A stretch of 15,277 nucleotides of DNA, taken from assembly GCA_035285125.1 (NCBI GenBank), contig JAYKHR010000018.1, forward strand, positions 1 through 15,277, read 5' to 3'. This document shows, piece by piece, positions 13,082 to 15,277 of the stretch (the first letter of the stretch is position 1; the number at the start of each line of letters is the position of its first letter). The notes beneath the pieces were generated by a model, which was not told the origin of the DNA, ran no database searches, and saw nothing but the letters and a program-made list of their open reading frames with translations. This DNA comes from Candidatus Sericytochromatia bacterium. GTDB lineage: Bacteria > Cyanobacteriota > Sericytochromatia > S15B-MN24 > JAQBPE01. The position numbers and the translations under genes were made by a program.

Positions 13082-14593
13082 CTAGGGCCTGGGGCGCGAG
13101 CCCGGCCGGAACACGCGGGCGTCCCCCGAGCGCCGGCTGCCGTGGCGCTCGAGCACCTCGCGCGCGGCGGCCTCCGTGTCGGGGCGGGCGCGGACGGCGG
13201 CAAAGCCCGCTCGCGCGCGCGTCACGGCGTCTCGGCGCGCCACGATCGGGGCCGGGTAGGCCTCGCCTGCCCCCACCAGCAGGCGCGTCAGGGGTGGCAT
13301 CTCCCAGGGGGCGTGCAGGTGCTCGAGCGGCACACCCACGAGCTCCGGCACCCAGCGGCGGATGAAGTGGCCCTCGGGGTCGCACTCGCGGGCCTGCTTC
13401 GTCACGTCGTACATGCGCAGCGCGTTGATGCCCGTGGTGCCTGACTGCATCTGGATCTGGGGATAGTGGATGCCTGGCTCGTAGTCGAGGAACAGCCGCG
13501 CAAGGTGCCAGGCTGGGCGCTCCCAGTGCAGCCAGAGGTCGTAGGCCGCAAAGGCCGTGACCATCGCGCGCATGCGGAAGGGCAGCCACCCCGTGGCTGC
13601 GAGCGACCGCATGCAGGCGTCCACCAGCGGGTAGCCGGTGCGGCCCTCGGCCCAGGCCGCGAAGGCCGCGCCATCGAACCCGTCCTCGCGCAGGCCGTCG
13701 TAGGCGCGGCACATGTTGCGCGTCTCGATGCCTGGCTCGTCCTCCAGCTTCTGCATGAAGTGGCAGCGCCAGGCCAGCCGCGCCTCGAAGCTTGCGAGCG
13801 AGGCCATCCAGGCCCGCACCTCGGGCGTGGGCGCCAGCCCCTCCAGCTCGGCAAGCCGGGCCCGGCCGGCATGGTAGGCCTGCCGCGCCGACACCGTGCC
13901 CCAGGCCAGGTGGGGCGAGAGCCGGCTGCACGCGTCATCGGCCGGGCCCGGCTTGCCCATCACGGCGCGGTAGTGCTGCCCGCGCGCGGCCAGGAAGCTG
14001 CGCAGGAGGGCCTGCCCGGCCAGCGCCCCCCCGGGCTGGGCCAGCGGCCGGGGCGCCCCCGCCACGCCGAGGACGCCAGGGTCTGGGGGCGCGCCAGCCT
14101 CCCACCCGTCGGGGCTCTCGACGCGGGCCGGTCGGGGCACGAGCGGGCCCTGCATGAACGCCCCCCAGCGCTCCGCCCAGCCGTCCCGGCTGCGCAGGCG
14201 CCGGATCACGCCGCCTTGCAGGTGCTCGTGCCAGGGCACGCCCGCCGCGCGCGCCCACGCCCCCACCGCGCGGTCGCGGGCGTAGGACGCCAGGTCCCCA
14301 GTCTCCTGGTGGCTGTGCAGGGCCGTGAGCGGGTGCTCGGCGTGCAGCGCCGCGAGCACGTCCACGACCTCGCCCGTGCGCACCAGCAGCCGCCCGCCCA
14401 GCCGACCGAGGCGCTCAGCGAGCTCGGCGAGGGAGGCCACGACGAAGTCGAAATGCGCGCGATCCATCGTCGGCTGCCGCCAGAGCGACGGCTCGAACAC
14501 GAACAGGCCGAGCACGGGCCCCCGGGCGGCGGCCTCCGCGAGCGGCGCGTGGTCGATCAGCCGCAGGTCCCGCTTGAACCAGACGAGGTGCAC
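13082..14593 (-). CDS. DNA photolyase/cryptochrome family protein (FAD-binding)
   Basis: N-terminal LVWFKRDLRLIDHAPL, then CSRLSPHLAWG, AWAEGRTGYPLVDACMRSL, PFRMRAM, FLDYEPGIHYPQIQMQSGTTGIN, DPEGHFIRRWVPEL and YPAPIV. Start set at GTG 14593; the ORF-track extension overlaps the HEPN gene. Confidence 0.93.
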   Translation of the reverse strand: MHLVWFKRDLRLIDHAPLAEAAARGPVLGLFVFEPSLWRQPTMDRAHFDFVVASLAELAERLGRLGGRLLVRTGEVVDVLAALHAEHPLTALHSHQETGDLASYARDRAVGAWARAAGVPWHEHLQGGVIRRLRSRDGWAERWGAFMQGPLVPRPARVESPDGWEAGAPPDPGVLGVAGAPRPLAQPGGALAGQALLRSFLAARGQHYRAVMGKPGPADDACSRLSPHLAWGTVSARQAYHAGRARLAELEGLAPTPEVRAWMASLASFEARLAWRCHFMQKLEDEPGIETRNMCRAYDGLREDGFDGAAFAAWAEGRTGYPLVDACMRSLAATGWLPFRMRAMVTAFAAYDLWLHWERPAWHLARLFLDYEPGIHYPQIQMQSGTTGINALRMYDVTKQARECDPEGHFIRRWVPELVGVPLEHLHAPWEMPPLTRLLVGAGEAYPAPIVARRDAVTRARAGFAAVRARPDTEAAAREVLERHGSRRSGDARVFRPGSRPRP

Positions 14594-14599
14594 GGGGCC

Positions 14600-14628
14600 A
14601 TGGTGCGGGAGGGAAGGGTGGGGCGCAA
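14600..14628 (-). promoter_or_regulatory. Candidate sigma70 promoter for a leaderless photolyase mRNA
   Basis: Minus strand TTGCGC (14628-14623), 17 nt, CACCAT (14605-14600), 6 nt, GTG start. No Shine-Dalgarno; the upstream sequence is pyrimidine-rich. Confidence 0.5.
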
Positions 14629-14663
14629 GGTGGGGGACCGAGCAACACGCCTCCTGAGCGCCC

Positions 14664-15158
14664 TCACGCCTCCCCGACCAGCCCCACCTCGCCCGCAAAG
14701 GCCCGCACCCGACCCACCACGGCCAGCAGCATCTCCGTGCTGTCGGCGGCACCCCGCAGCGCGTCGAGGAACAACGCGGGGTCCACGAGGTACTCGTGCA
14801 CCAGCATGTTGCGGAGCTTGCGGGCCGCCACGAAGGCCTCCGCGTCCTCGACCCAGCCCATCCGCTCGCCGAAGGCCAGCACGTCCAGCAGGCTGCGTGG
14901 CGCCTCCCCGACCAGGGCCGCGAAGCGGGGCAGGAGCTTGTCGCCGAGGTGGTCCTGCAGGCGGGCGAAGCGACCCACGAAGGCATCGAGCTTCTCCGCG
15001 CGGGCGTCGTTCGTGGGCAACGCCGCGACCCAGTCCGGCCCGATGGCCTCCGCGAACAACGTGCGGGCCGTGTAAGCCAGGTGACGGGCCTCGCGTTCGG
15101 CGAGGTCCAGCACCTGCCGGGCCCGCTCGGCCTGCTCCGGCAGGTACCGCAGGCTCAC
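14664..15158 (-). CDS. HEPN-domain RNase toxin (HepT/DUF86-like)
   Basis: LDAFVGRFARLQDHLGDKLLP helix and the HEPN catalytic motif R-x4-H-x-Y (RNMLVHEY). The start GTG overlaps the stop of the upstream MNT gene (GTGA). Confidence 0.85.
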   Translation of the reverse strand: MSLRYLPEQAERARQVLDLAEREARHLAYTARTLFAEAIGPDWVAALPTNDARAEKLDAFVGRFARLQDHLGDKLLPRFAALVGEAPRSLLDVLAFGERMGWVEDAEAFVAARKLRNMLVHEYLVDPALFLDALRGAADSTEMLLAVVGRVRAFAGEVGLVGEA

Positions 15159-15277
15159 AGCAGGACCCCCGTGCGTCGCGCCTCCTCGTGCACCGGCGCG
15201 ACCGGCGTGGCCGCCTCCCGCAGCAGGACATCGATGCGCCGATCACCCAGCGCTTGCACCAGCCGGGCATACAGGCG
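15155..15277 (-). CDS. Minimal nucleotidyltransferase (MNT) antitoxin, C-terminal fragment, truncated by the window edge
   Basis: Not in the ORF track. The minus strand translates RLYARLVQALGDRRIDVLLREAATPVAPVHEEARRTGVLL*, a typical MNT C-terminus (LG.R.ID......H..A...GV.L). 4-nt overlap with the HEPN gene. Confidence 0.78.
   Translation of the reverse strand, partial: RLYARLVQALGDRRIDVLLREAATPVAPVHEEARRTGVLL

Noticed and set aside
14593..14601. ATG at 14601 as photolyase start implying a frameshift
   Set aside because: It is out of frame by one base, but the in-frame GTG at 14593 with a correctly spaced promoter explains the gene without invoking an error.
14594..14986. N-terminal extension of the photolyase ORF, suggesting a HEPN-photolyase overlap or fusion
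   Set aside because: It lies in a different frame from the HEPN gene and is motif-free. Photolyase homology begins at VHLVWFKRDLR.
1..15277. CRISPR array, tRNA/rRNA, transposase, integrase or prophage
   Set aside because: No regularly spaced repeats, cloverleaf or recombinase motifs were seen. The Xis-like gene alone does not support a prophage call.

Overview
Very GC-rich bacterial chromosomal window with about 12 real CDSs. No rRNA, tRNA, CRISPR array, transposase or phage structural gene is recognisable. In order: the 3' part of a sensor histidine kinase (+); a HEAT-like/WD40 protein (-); a small Xis/HTH_17-like DNA-binding protein with its own terminator and a structured upstream region (-); a secreted ankyrin protein (-) divergent from an M14 zinc-carboxypeptidase lipoprotein (+); a large NHL-like beta-propeller lipoprotein tightly coupled to a NAPE-PLD/RomA-like metallo-beta-lactamase-fold hydrolase (+); a four-EF-hand lipoprotein (-) divergent, across an AT-rich regulatory region, from a small lipoprotein with a Pro-rich tail (+); a B-box-like Zn-finger membrane protein (-); a photolyase/cryptochrome (-); and a HEPN (RX4HXY)/MNT toxin-antitoxin pair cut by the right edge (-). 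The most notable points are the density of exported or repeat-scaffold proteins, the small HTH gene with a candidate autoregulatory region, phased operator-like repeats, and probable leaderless transcripts. The lipoprotein style suggests Ca. Sericytochromatia or a similar uncultured lineage, which is an unverified inference. I found no unambiguous novel multi-gene system; the findings are testable hypotheses. The very long antisense ORFs are treated as GC-rich shadow frames.
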